Assembly: GCA_963728995.1 (NCBI GenBank)
Contig: CAVSMD010000001.1
Coordinates: forward strand, 244,358 to 308,357
From: an uncultured Gammaproteobacteria bacterium
GTDB taxonomy: Bacteria; Pseudomonadota; Gammaproteobacteria; Steroidobacterales; Rariloculaceae
Length of the DNA: 64,000 bases
Direction of reading: 5' to 3'
Part shown: piece by piece, positions 10,429 to 20,568 of the stretch
Position numbering within the stretch: the stretch's first letter is position 1
Layout of the letters: each line of letters begins with the position of its first letter
Notes under the pieces: model-generated
Told to the model about the DNA's origin: nothing
What the model saw: the letters and a program-made list of their open reading frames with translations, nothing else
The model's database searches: none
Program-made: the position numbers and the translations under genes

Positions 10429-11768
10429 TGTTCGTGACGAAGAAAGCCCTGACGCGTCGCGCCTTGCTGCGCGGCGCCGGCGCCACGTTGGCGCTGCCAC
10501 TGCTCGATGCGATGGTGCCCGCGTTCGGCGCCGACGCACTACGCCCGACGCTGCGGCTCGCCTTCGTCTACGCCGGCAACGGCATCGTACACTCGTACTG
10601 GAAGCCAAAGGCGCCGGGACGCGACTTCGAGCTGACGCCAAACCTGGCTTCGCTGCGCAGCGTGCGCGACGACCTCAACGTGATCACGGGTCTCGCGCAT
10701 GCCCAGGCGGAAACGTTCGGCGACGGCACGGGCGATCATCCGCGCTCCTCGGCCGCCTGGCTCACGGGCGTTCATGCCTACGACCGCACGCGACCCGGCG
10801 TCGAGGTCAAGCTCGCGACGTCCGCGGATCAAATCGCCGCCAACGCCATCGGCCGGGACTCGCCCGTGGCGTCGCTCGAGCTCAGCGTCGACGCGCCGAT
10901 GCAAGGGGCGTGCGACGCCGGCGATTGCTTCTACGTGAACACCGTGTCGTGGCGCAACGAGACCACGCCGAATCTGGCCGAGCTGCACCCGCGGATCGTG
11001 TTCGAGCGCCTGTTCGGCGACGGCGGCTCGAGCCAGCAGCGGCTCGCGCGGGCCCACTCGGCCGTCAGCATATTGGACTCCGTCAAGGACGAAGCGGCGC
11101 GGCTCGCAGCCTCGCTCGGCGCCGGCGACAGCTCGAAGCTCGACGAGTACCTCGACTCGGTGCGCGAGGTGGAGCGGCGAATACAGGGGGTCGAGAACCG
11201 CGGCACGCGGGACGTTGCGCTGCCGGAACGCCCGACCGACATTCCGGAGACCTACGAGGAGCACGCGCGGCTCATGTTCGACCTGCTCAAGCTCGGCTTC
11301 CAGACCGATACGACGCGCGTCGGCAGCATGATCATGGCGCGCGAGCTCTCCGGCCTCTCGTATCCGAACATCGGCGTGCCGGAGTCGCACCATGCGATCT
11401 CGCATCATCGCGGTGATCCAGAGCTCATGGAGAAGAAGGCTCGAATCGATACCTACCACGTGCAGCTCATGGGCGAGTTTGCGGCAAAGATGAAGGCCAC
11501 GCCGGACGGCGACGGCAGCCTGCTCGACCACAGCCTGATCGTCTACGGCGGCGGCATGGGCGACGGTAACCTGCATCGGCATTCGGACCTACCGTGCCTG
11601 CTGCTCGGCCGGCTCGGCGGCACGCTGCGCACGGGCCAGCACGTGGTGTACCCCGATCGCACGCCGATGACGAATCTGCTGCTCACCGTGCTCGACAAGG
11701 TCGGCGTGCGCATGAGCCACTTCGGCGACAGCACGGGTCGGCTCGATCCGGACCTGCTCACGGTCTGA
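10428..11768 (+). CDS. DUF1552 domain protein with twin-arginine signal (copy 1)
   Basis: MFVTKKALTRRALLRGAGATLALPLLDAM is a Tat signal. The ORF is uninterrupted. ATG 10428 shares one nt with the upstream TGA (TGATG), and GGAGAG lies 7 nt upstream. The ORF track starts at GTG 10425. It is the obligate partner of the DUF1592 gene. Confidence 0.9.
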   Translation: MFVTKKALTRRALLRGAGATLALPLLDAMVPAFGADALRPTLRLAFVYAGNGIVHSYWKPKAPGRDFELTPNLASLRSVRDDLNVITGLAHAQAETFGDGTGDHPRSSAAWLTGVHAYDRTRPGVEVKLATSADQIAANAIGRDSPVASLELSVDAPMQGACDAGDCFYVNTVSWRNETTPNLAELHPRIVFERLFGDGGSSQQRLARAHSAVSILDSVKDEAARLAASLGAGDSSKLDEYLDSVREVERRIQGVENRGTRDVALPERPTDIPETYEEHARLMFDLLKLGFQTDTTRVGSMIMARELSGLSYPNIGVPESHHAISHHRGDPELMEKKARIDTYHVQLMGEFAAKMKATPDGDGSLLDHSLIVYGGGMGDGNLHRHSDLPCLLLGRLGGTLRTGQHVVYPDRTPMTNLLLTVLDKVGVRMSHFGDSTGRLDPDLLTV

Positions 11769-11922
11769 GCGTCTCCGCCTACCCGGCCAGCTTCCGGCGG
11801 AAATCGCGCTCGCCACCCCCTGGTGGTAGGCTCAGGGCAAGCGACGAGTGGCGGCGAGCGTCGCTCGGTGCGCGACCATCGGGACGAAAACGGCAGCATT
11901 TGCAGCGCCAAGAGGTGGGAAC

Positions 11923-12471
11923 ATGAACGCTGATACGATCCTGCGTCGTTCGCTGTTGCTCGTGGCCCTGCTCGGCGCGCTGCAGACCGCAGTGGCGGAC
12001 GATTCCGCGACCAGGCCAACGGCCTGCCTGCGCAGGGAGGACATCCGCAGCACCAAGGTCATCGACGACCGTAACATCGTGTTCACTACGCGCGACCGAC
12101 AGACCTACAACAATCAGCTCGGGCGGCATTGCCCCGGCATGCGCCGTTCGACGCCGCTCAGCTTTACCTATGCCGATCACGGGCTGTGCATGGGCAGCAC
12201 GTTTTCCGTGCTGATGCGCGTCGGCTCCGGCAACGCGATAGCGGTCAATGACCCCGCCAACAACGTGCACTACACGATACCGGGACCGAACTTCGTGCAG
12301 GGAGCCACCTGCCAGCTCGCGATGTTCGCCCCGATCAGCGAGGACGAGGTCAAAGCGCTGATGGCGGCCACCGATGTCGAACGCCATTCGCGCCGCCGCG
12401 GCAATCGGGATGCCGTCAAGACCGAAGCGGCGGAGTCCGGCCGCGCGGCGGAACCCGCCGGCACGAAATAG
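11923..12471 (+). CDS. hypothetical secreted protein
   Basis: ATG 11923 is preceded by AGGTGGGA. It has the signal peptide MNADTILRRSLLLVALLGALQTAVA and four Cys. It may be a DUF6491-like family member, but that is a weak recollection. Confidence 0.5.
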   Translation: MNADTILRRSLLLVALLGALQTAVADDSATRPTACLRREDIRSTKVIDDRNIVFTTRDRQTYNNQLGRHCPGMRRSTPLSFTYADHGLCMGSTFSVLMRVGSGNAIAVNDPANNVHYTIPGPNFVQGATCQLAMFAPISEDEVKALMAATDVERHSRRRGNRDAVKTEAAESGRAAEPAGTK

Positions 12472-12509
12472 CCCAGCCGCCTCGGCAACGAGCCCACGGC
12501 GGCCTCCCC

Positions 12510-12545
12510 AAAAAAAAGACGGCGAGCCTTTGCGGGCTCGCCGTC
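12510..12545 (-). terminator. rho-independent terminator downstream of the TonB-dependent receptor gene
   Basis: An 11-bp GC-rich stem (gacggcgagcc / ggctcgccgtc, 12518-12528 and 12535-12545) is followed on the minus strand by T8 (A8 at 12510-12517 on plus). Confidence 0.7.
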
Positions 12546-12568
12546 TGCGCTCGATCGCGCTCCGTCTA

Positions 12569-15500
12569 CTAGAACGCCATCTTCACGCCGACGTACATGC
12601 GACGACCGAGGATGTCGTAGTAGTCCGCGCGCGTGACCTCGGCGTTGCCGTCGGCGGAAGTCGCCCCGACGACGTTCGGCTGCTCGTCGGTCAGGTTGTC
12701 GATACCCATGCGCAGGCTGACCTTGTCGTTGACCATGTAGCCCGCGAACAGGTTCAGCGACTGGTACGAGTCGACGCTGAAGACAGTCGTGTTGGGGTTA
12801 CGTGCGAACGACTCGTCCTTGATGCTCGGCAGGTACCGCCACTGCAGCCCGATGTTGGCCTTGCCGCCACCGAAGTTGTAGCCGAACGTGTTCGTCAGCT
12901 TGTACTTGAACTGGCCGCCGTCCTGCGTCTGCAGCGTGTCCTTCTCGTTGATGATCGGCGAGTCCGGCGTGTCCTGCGTATCGTAGTGATCGAGGAACGT
13001 CATCAGCGAGTTGATGAAGAACGAGCCCGACGCCTAAGTCCTTCGTCCAGTTCACGGCCACGTCGATACCCGTACGTCTTCAAGCTGCCCGTGTTGATGA
13101 ACGGCGCATCGACGGACGCGCGCTCGCCCGACACCGTGTTGCGGAGGATCAACGCACAGTACGGATTGCCGGTGTACGACAGCGTCGGGTTGCTCGTGCC
13201 GTTGGAGTTGAAGCACTGCTGATACGCGAACAGCGAGTTCAACGGCGCAATCGCGTCGGTGATCTCGACGTTGTAGTAGTCGAACGATGCCGTCAGGCCG
13301 TCGAGGCCGCCGGGACTCTGGAGCACGACCCCCAACGTGAACGTATCGCCCTTCTCGGGTTGCACCTTCGGGTTGCCCTGGCGCAGCTCGATCTCGAGCG
13401 GGAAGAACGGGTTGCCGGGCCGCGCGAAGCCGTTCGGACCGGCGGGGCCGATGTCGAACACCGACTGGTTGTCGTTCGTGGGGTCTGCGTCGCTGTTGTT
13501 GATGATCGCGCGGCACAGCGCCTGGACGGCCGCTCGATTCGGGTTATTGGCGGTATTACCCCACAGCTGCCCCGTGCTCACGTCGTTGTGATCGAACGTG
13601 TACGAGCAGGGATCGCTCGGCGCAAACGGCACGACGAGCAACGAGACTCCCTGGAACAGCTCGGCCGTGTTCGGCGCGCGCTCGGCGCGCTGGAAACCGC
13701 CACGCAGCGTAACGCTGTCCGTGGCGCGGAACGTGAACAACGCCTTCGACGTGTCCGTGGTGCCGATGTCCGAGTCCGCGTAGTCCGATTCGCGCAAGCC
13801 GAACTCCATGTCGAACTTCTTCGTGATGGGGACGAGCAACTCGCCGTAGATCTCGGACACCTTCGTTCCGCCGGCCGTGTTGTTCGACGCGAAGATGCTC
13901 ATCGGGTTCTCGACGACGGACTCGCGATCGTTCGTCTCGCCCGGATCGAACTTGAAGGTGTTCCTCCGGCTCGTGGCGCCGACCGCGAACCGCAGCTCGC
14001 CGTTCTTCATGTCGGTGATCTTGCCCTGCAGGTTGAACTCGCCGATATCCTGCTGCAGCTTCTGGACCGAGCGCGCCTTCGCCACGATGCTCTCGATGCA
14101 GTCGGACGACACCTGGCCCGCGCCGAGCGAGGAGCTGGTCGTGAAGATCGGCAGACCGCTCGTGCAGTTCTGGACGTAGTTGCGACCCGAGCTGAACGAG
14201 CCGGCGCCCCAGGTAGCGTTCTGCTGACTCAACAGGTACTGGTAGCGCTGCAACGACGGCAGGTTGTTGAAGAAGCTCAGCGAGTCCGTCTGGCCCGAGG
14301 ACACGTAGGCTTCCCAGGTCCAGTCGCGATTGCTGAACCGGCCCTCGACACCGGCCATGATCTGGAACACGTCGTTCGAGGTCTTGGTCGAGACCGGATC
14401 GCCCATGAAATCGAGCACGCGGAACAGCGTCCAGGGAGCGGTCGGATCCGGGCGCGAGGCGAGCAGCGTTTGCAGCGCGGCCGGAATGGGTCGGCCGTCG
14501 ACCGGGATCGGCGCGGACCAGACCGTGATGGCCGGCGAGAAACCCTGGGTGGTTTGCACTTCCACGCTGGCGTAATTCGCCTGCACGAACGCCGACAGAT
14601 TGTCGTTGATCTCGTGCGTGGCGCGACCGAACAGCGAGCGGCGGGTCAAGGGCGACGAGGCCTGGCCGACATAACTGACCTGGCCGAGATCGCCGTTCGG
14701 CTGCAGCCGCATGCCGGCATAGCCGGCGCCCGTCGGCGTCTGGCTCGACGGGCTGTCGAACGGGCCGTTGTAGCCGCGAGCCTTCGCTAGCAGGAACGGA
14801 CTGCCGTCGGGATTGAAATAGATCTCGGAACGCGGCGTGGCGATGAACCCGCCGGCCGGCATTCCCGTGGTGGAGCCACCCGGGTAGTAACCGGGCACGC
14901 TCGCGAAGACGGAGTCAACAGCCGTCTGGCTCGGCAGACCCCCGCTCGCGGTGCTGCTGCCGGCGCCTAGAATCGCCGTGGTCGGCGAGTAACCGGGCGG
15001 CTGGATGAATCCGCCGGCATTGCTGCCCGGATCGAACCAGCCATTCAGGTAGAAGTCGCGGTCCTTCAACAGGACCTCGCCGCGGTTGTACCACTCGACG
15101 CCGAGCATCACGTTGCTCTTGCCGTCGCCCGGAGTTCACGCCGAGCAAGCTCGTGAAGCGCGTCTCCTCGCCGTCGCCTTCCGCCGTCATGCCGGTCTGG
15201 AAGTCCATGTCGACGCCTTCGAAATCCTTCTTCAGGATGAAGTTCACGACACCGGCCATGGCGTCGGCGCCGTACACGGCCGAAGCGCCGCCCGTGATCG
15301 TCTCGACGCGCTCGATGGCGGCGGACGGAATGGTGTTGATGTCGATGATCAGCGCCGCGTTCGCCGGCTGCGCGCGGCGGCCGTCGATCAGCACCAGGGT
15401 GCGGTTCGGGCCGATGCCGCGCAGGTTCACGCTGCCGATACCGAGCGAGGCCGTCGGGCCTGCCTGAATGCCTTGGTCGAACTGCGTGCCCTCGGGCACG

Positions 15501-15754
15501 AACTGCGGCATCTGGTTCAGGACGCTTTCGATGCTGAGCGTGCTCGAGTTCTCAAGCCGCTTGGTGTCGATCGTCATGATCGGACTTGCGGCCTCGAGGT
15601 CGCGGCGGACGATGCGCGAGCCCGTGACCGTGATTTCCTCCAGTCCCTGGTCCTGCGCGTGCGCCGCGCCCGTCCCCGCCAGCAGGGCGGAGATCGTCGA
15701 CGCGAGCACGGTGCGATTGACGACCTGCGCCTGGTCGCGTGTGTTGGCTTTCAT
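12569..15754 (-). CDS. TonB-dependent receptor (~1060 aa), disrupted as read
   Basis: Signal peptide, plug motifs (EEITVTGSRI, NLRGIGPNRTLVLIDGRR, IERVETITGGASAVYGADA) and a C-terminal RRMYVGVKMAF. ORFs 14915..15754, 13003..15111, 12798..13061 and 12569..13003 are joined by frame changes at ~15120, ~13075 and ~13020. Confidence 0.9.
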
Positions 15755-15956
15755 GTAGTAATTACCCCCGAGTGGATTCGGTCCGATGCTGATAACAAAA
15801 GAAGGTCCGTGGCCCGGCTATTGCCAGTGTTGCCAAAAAGCGTCGATGACCCCCGACCCGCTGTGACCGTCTTATGGTGAACAGTCGACGCAGCACTGTG
15901 CCTCAGCCTGGCAGGTCGATCCAGCTAACTATCAACACTATCATTTGCACTACCAT

Positions 15957-15972
15957 GTTGTATGCATACAAC
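15957..15972. promoter_or_regulatory. perfect 16-bp palindrome GTTGTATGCATACAAC in the divergent TBDR/PepSY promoter region (candidate operator)
   Basis: Read directly. It lies in the AT-richer part of the 335-bp intergenic region, 118 bp upstream of the PepSY ATG. The GT-N-AC symmetry is reminiscent of GntR-type sites. It is not Fur-box-like. Confidence 0.35.
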
Positions 15973-16089
15973 GACCACAAGCGTGCCGAACCCTGCGGTG
16001 CGGCGCAAAGGGCGTAGAGAAGCGCGCCTCGAGGCAGTACGCTGCGAGCCTCACCGCCAGATATCTCCGTCGGACTCGACCCCTACTCC

Positions 16090-17649
16090 ATGCAATTTTT
16101 TCGCCGCACGCTGATTCTCCTGCACCGCTATCTCGGGATCCCGCTCAGCGCCGTGTTCGTGCTGTGGTTCGCGACGGGGATCGCGATGATCTACGTCGGC
16201 GGCATGCCGGCCCTCGCCCCGCAGGCGCGGCTCGAGCGTCTCCCGCCGCTCGACCTCGCCGCCGTCACGCTCACGCCGACCGACGCCGCCGCACGCGCCA
16301 TGAGCGGCTTCGGCGACGTTCGCCTCACGACGGTGCTCGATCGGCCTGCCTACCGCTTCGACAGCGCCTACGGCTCCGCGACGGTCTTCGCGGACGATGG
16401 GGCCGTGCTCGAGCCGGTCACCGTCGAGACGGCGAAGGACGTCGCCGCGAAGTTCCTCGGCGTCGAGCGGAACGACCTCGATCTGCTCGCGCTGATCGAC
16501 CGCCCCGACCAGTGGACACTGCTGCTCGGGCGCGATCTGCCGCTGTACAAGCTCGGCGTCCGCGACGGCGCCGGCACGCAGGTGTACGTGTCGCCGGACT
16601 CCGCCGAGGTGCGGCTGGTCACGACGCGGCGCAGCCGCGGGCTCGCATGGATCGCCACGATCCCGCACTGGTTCTACATCACGCCGCTGCGCGTCCATCA
16701 GCCGCAGTGGTACTGGACGGTGGTCGTTGCTGCCGCGCTGGGGTGTCTGCTGGCCGTGCTCGGGCTCCTCGTCGGCGTGCTGCAGCTGCGCTGGTCGAAG
16801 CCGTTTCGCTGGTCGAGCGCCATCCGCGCCCAGGGGTGGCTCCGCTGGCATCACCTCCTCGGTCTCGTGTTCGGGGTCTTCGCGCTGACATGGGTCTTCA
16901 GCGGCCTGCTGTCGATGGAGCCGTTCGCGTGGACGAATGCCGAGGGGTTGCAGGTGGGCGACGACGCCCTGTCCGGCGGGCCCGTCGAGCTCGATCGATT
17001 CCCGGCGTTCGACGCCGACCGCTGGCCGGCATTGCTCACCGGTCGCGCGCTGAAGGAGATCGAGTTCCGCCGTGTCGAGGACGAGCCTTACTACCTCGCC
17101 CGGTACACGAGCGCACCGGCCGAGCTCGACCCACACCGCGAGCGACTGCATCAGCCCTATCTCGTCACGGGTCGGGCAGCGCCGGAGCATGTGCTGATCG
17201 ATGCCACCACGCTGGCGGTGCACGCCGACGCGTTCGCGACGGAGTCCCTGCTGGCGCGCCTCTCGGCTGCGGCGGGCGATGCGCGGATCGTCGACCAAAC
17301 GCTGCTGAAGGACTACGACTCCTATTACTACTCGCGCGGCCGGCAAGCACCGTTGCCGGTGCTGCGCGTGAAGTTCGACGATCCTCTCCGCACCTGGATC
17401 TACGTCGACGTGGGGCTCGGTGAGATCGTCGCGACCATCCATCGCTTGAACCGCGTGGAGCGCTGGCTCTACAACGGCTTGCACAGCCTGGACTTCGGCT
17501 TCTGGTACGACCGTCGGCCGCTCTGGGACATCGGCATGATCACGCTGTGCGGCGGCGCGCTCGTGGCAAGCCTCATCGGCCTGTGGCTCGGCCTGAAGCG
17601 TCTGCGGTCCGACGTCGCACGGATCACGCGGCGGCGGGGTCCTGCTTGA
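16090..17649 (+). CDS. PepSY-associated TM helix protein (PiuB-like)
   Basis: MQFFRRTLILLHRYLGIPLSAVFVLWFATGI N-terminus. It also has repeated TM segments with WHHLLG and a RWLYNGLHSLDF C-terminal motif. The 519-aa ORF is uninterrupted. Confidence 0.85.
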   Translation: MQFFRRTLILLHRYLGIPLSAVFVLWFATGIAMIYVGGMPALAPQARLERLPPLDLAAVTLTPTDAAARAMSGFGDVRLTTVLDRPAYRFDSAYGSATVFADDGAVLEPVTVETAKDVAAKFLGVERNDLDLLALIDRPDQWTLLLGRDLPLYKLGVRDGAGTQVYVSPDSAEVRLVTTRRSRGLAWIATIPHWFYITPLRVHQPQWYWTVVVAAALGCLLAVLGLLVGVLQLRWSKPFRWSSAIRAQGWLRWHHLLGLVFGVFALTWVFSGLLSMEPFAWTNAEGLQVGDDALSGGPVELDRFPAFDADRWPALLTGRALKEIEFRRVEDEPYYLARYTSAPAELDPHRERLHQPYLVTGRAAPEHVLIDATTLAVHADAFATESLLARLSAAAGDARIVDQTLLKDYDSYYYSRGRQAPLPVLRVKFDDPLRTWIYVDVGLGEIVATIHRLNRVERWLYNGLHSLDFGFWYDRRPLWDIGMITLCGGALVASLIGLWLGLKRLRSDVARITRRRGPA

Positions 17650-18379
17650 AGAACTGCTTGAGCTGCGCGTAGACGTCGGGATATTCCTGCCGCAGGCGCT
17701 GCGGCACGTCGAAGAACAGCTCCGCGCACACGGCGAAGAGCTCGGCCGAATCCTCCACGGCATACGGGTCCAGCCACGGCTCCACGCCGCGCTCGAGCTG
17801 ATCGACGAGATCGTCGTACGCTGCGTCGAACGCGGCGACCCATTCCGGCACGCGCATGCCGGCGTGCAGCGGCGGCACGCCGTTGGCCTCACCGCTCAGC
17901 ATGTCGAGCTTGTGGGCGAGCTCGTGGATCACGACGTTGTAGCCTTCGCCGCGCCCGCTCAGCTCGACCTCGGTCCAGGCGAGCACCACGGGGCCCTGCT
18001 CGAACGCCTCGCCGCTCAACAGGTCGTCGCCGACATGGACGACGCCATCCTCGTCCTCGTACATGCGATCGCGGACCAGGAACTCATCCGGATGCACGAC
18101 GAGGGACAAGAACCCGGCATAGGCGTCTAGGCCCAGCTCGAGAATCGGCAGGCACGCGAAGGCGGCGATCCGCAGCCGTTTCGCGTCGTCGAGCACCAGG
18201 CCGCCGGCGGGCTCGAAATGCTTCTCGTGCAGGAACAGCACGGCGAGCTCGCGTAGCCGGCCCTGCTGCGCGGCATTGAGGCGCCCCAGCGCGGGCACGG
18301 ACGCGGCCAGCGTCGTCCAGAGGGCGTCGGGAATCGAGCGACGGGCCAGCACGCGCCGCCGGCGCCAACGCCTGAACAT
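17624..18379 (-). CDS. mtfA: zinc-dependent peptidase MtfA (M90 family)
   Basis: MFRRWRRRR N-terminus, HELAHKLD zinc motif and YAVEDSAELFAVCAELFF C-terminal motif. Its 3' end overlaps the convergent PepSY gene by 26 nt. Confidence 0.8.
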   Translation of the reverse strand: MFRRWRRRRVLARRSIPDALWTTLAASVPALGRLNAAQQGRLRELAVLFLHEKHFEPAGGLVLDDAKRLRIAAFACLPILELGLDAYAGFLSLVVHPDEFLVRDRMYEDEDGVVHVGDDLLSGEAFEQGPVVLAWTEVELSGRGEGYNVVIHELAHKLDMLSGEANGVPPLHAGMRVPEWVAAFDAAYDDLVDQLERGVEPWLDPYAVEDSAELFAVCAELFFDVPQRLRQEYPDVYAQLKQFFKQDPAAA

Positions 18380-18438
18380 ACCGTCAGGGACTCCGACCCG
18401 CCGGGCTTCTCGTCATGGCGCGTCCCTGCCGCCGCGAC

Positions 18439-19350
18439 TCAGCCGAGATGCTGCTTGAAGAACGCCAGAGTTCGCTCCCACGCAAGGTTCGCGGCCGCCT
18501 CGTCGTAGCGCGGTGTGGAATTGTTGTGGAAGCCGTGCTGCGTGCCCTCGTAGCTGTATCTCTGGTACTCGACCTTGTTCGCCTTCAGCGCCGCTTCGTA
18601 CTCCGGCCACATGCCGTTGATACGGTCGTCGTTGCCGGCGTATTGCAGCAGCAAGTGCGCCTTGATCTTGGCGACGTCGTCAGCCGCCGGAGCGGCTCCA
18701 TAGAACGGCACGCCGGCGCTCAAGTCCGGGCCGAGCGCCACGGCCAGGTTGTTGACCATGCCACCCCCCCAGCAGAACCCCGTGGCACCGAGCTTGCCGC
18801 TCGACAGCGCATGCGTTTTCAAATACCGGGCGCTGTTGACCATGTCCTGCCGCAGCTTCGCCTGATCGAGCCCGGCCTGGAGCGTGCGGCCGTCGTCGTC
18901 GTTGCCCGGATAGCCGCCGGCCGGCGCCAAGCCGTCCGGCGCGAGCGCGAGGTACCCGGCCACGGCGACGCGCCGCGCGACGTCCTCGACGTAGGGGTTC
19001 AGGCCGCGATTCTCGTGGATCACGAGCACCGCCGGAAACGGGCCATTGCCGGCCGGCTGCACGAGGTAGCCGCGCATCTGACCGGAGTTGCCACCCGGCG
19101 AGGGATACTCGACGTACTTCGCCTTGATCCGCGAGTCCGTGAACGAGATCGTCTGTGCCTCGACGTAGCGCGGAAACAGCGCCTGCGCCAGGGCGAGCGC
19201 CGAGACGCCCCCGATCACGAGCGCGCCCGCGCGAGCCAGGAACTCCCGCCGATCGATGCGCCCGTGGCAGTACTCGTCGTACAGATCGTACACACGCTGA
19301 TCGATGGCGATCTGCGTGGCTCGGTCGACGGCATGGGGTTCGGCGGCCAT
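18439..19350 (-). CDS. dienelactone hydrolase family protein (Tat-type signal)
   Basis: RREFLARAGALVIGG signal, VLVIHENRGLNPYVEDVARR, GATGFCWGG nucleophile elbow and HGFHN C-terminal motif. Confidence 0.85.
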   Translation of the reverse strand: MAAEPHAVDRATQIAIDQRVYDLYDEYCHGRIDRREFLARAGALVIGGVSALALAQALFPRYVEAQTISFTDSRIKAKYVEYPSPGGNSGQMRGYLVQPAGNGPFPAVLVIHENRGLNPYVEDVARRVAVAGYLALAPDGLAPAGGYPGNDDDGRTLQAGLDQAKLRQDMVNSARYLKTHALSSGKLGATGFCWGGGMVNNLAVALGPDLSAGVPFYGAAPAADDVAKIKAHLLLQYAGNDDRINGMWPEYEAALKANKVEYQRYSYEGTQHGFHNNSTPRYDEAAANLAWERTLAFFKQHLG

Positions 19351-19511
19351 GAGCCCTCCTCTCGTGGTGGTTACATCGGCCGCTTGAATGTAGCGCGCGC
19401 GCCGAGCGGGTTCTAGCGGGCCGATGAAAAAGGGCCTGCGGCGCCCGCCGCGCGGCTCGGCCTTTGGCTCCGCGCGGCCTATACTCGGGCGTCTCGTCAG
19501 GGGGAGCCCGC

Positions 19512-20564
19512 ATGCGCATCGCCGGCACAGTCCTGGTCTCGTTCACCGCCGCGCTCGTCGCGCCCGTCGTCGCGGCGCACCACAGCTTCGCGCCGCATTT
19601 CGACATCTCCAAGCCCGTGAGCATCTCCGGCACCGTCACGCAGTACGAGGCACGCAACCCCCACAGCTATCTGCACATCGCCGCCGTCGACGAAAACGGC
19701 AAGACGCAGGAATACGTGTGCGAATCACACGGCTACACGCAGCTCACGCGCAATGGCATCACACCGGAGATGCTGAAGCCCGGGACGAAGCTGCGGATCG
19801 ACGGCTCGATGTCGCGGCATAGCCAGTATCAGTGCTTCTTCAACAACCTCTATTTCCCGGACGGGCGCGCGCTGAACGTCAATGGGCCCACGGGCCCGCA
19901 GAGCGTCCGGGCGCCGGGCCCGACCTTGCCGGCGCGCCATGACCTCTACGGCACCTGGTTGCTCGCGCCGATCCTCAACCGCAGCACGAGCGGCCCGCAG
20001 CCGATGATCGAGGCCCTGACGCCGGCAGGACGGGCGGCCGTCGCGGCCTACGACCCGTTCAAGGACGACCCGACCTTCCGCTGCGATCCCGTCGCCATCC
20101 GCCGCGTGTGGGGCGCGCCGGGCACGCCGCTGTCGATCACGCGCGACGGCGATCGAGTCGTGCTCCGGCACGAGTGGATGGACGTGGAGCGCATCGTGCA
20201 CCTCGACCAGCGCGAGCACCCGCAGGACGGGCCCCGCAGCTCGCTCGGTCATTCGATCGGCCACTTCGAAGGCGACACGCTCGTGATCGACACCGGCAAC
20301 TACGCGGCCGGCGTGCTGAATCAGTACGTGGAGCAACCCGGTCAACCGACGCGTGGGCTGCTGCATTCGGCCGCGCTGACGTCCGTGGAGCGGCTGCACT
20401 TCGACGCGGCGCGGCAACGACTCGTCGTCGAGATCACGCTGCAGGACCCCGAGTTCTTCACGCGCGATTTCGAGCCGGCGCACTACGAGTACGCGCCGTC
20501 CGAACTGAAGCTCGAGCCGTTCAACTGCTCGCCCGAGGGCGTCGGCGGCACCCTCAGAAGATAA
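19512..20564 (+). CDS. secreted fusion protein: AHHS/NPH small-protein domain (DUF6152-like) + WEGDTLV-family domain
   Basis: ATG 19512 follows GGGGGAG. The signal ends VVAA|HHSFAPHFD and is followed by GTVTQYEARNPHSYLHI. The C-terminal half carries FRCDPVA, LDQREHP, GHFEGDTLVIDTGNY and FNCSPEG. Confidence 0.8.
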   Translation: MRIAGTVLVSFTAALVAPVVAAHHSFAPHFDISKPVSISGTVTQYEARNPHSYLHIAAVDENGKTQEYVCESHGYTQLTRNGITPEMLKPGTKLRIDGSMSRHSQYQCFFNNLYFPDGRALNVNGPTGPQSVRAPGPTLPARHDLYGTWLLAPILNRSTSGPQPMIEALTPAGRAAVAAYDPFKDDPTFRCDPVAIRRVWGAPGTPLSITRDGDRVVLRHEWMDVERIVHLDQREHPQDGPRSSLGHSIGHFEGDTLVIDTGNYAAGVLNQYVEQPGQPTRGLLHSAALTSVERLHFDAARQRLVVEITLQDPEFFTRDFEPAHYEYAPSELKLEPFNCSPEGVGGTLRR

Positions 20565-20568
20565 GGAC

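Noticed and set aside
15755-16089. Fur box upstream of the TonB-dependent receptor / PepSY pair.
   Set aside because: No 19-bp GATAATGATAATCATTATC-like sequence is present. Only the unrelated 16-bp palindrome is present.
16051-17892. 613-aa minus-strand ORF and the similar long antisense ORFs at 9166-10641, 37986-39533, 43011-44171 and 46709-48208.
   Set aside because: Each lies opposite a gene with strong family signatures. All have Arg/Pro/Ala-rich translations with no recognisable domains.
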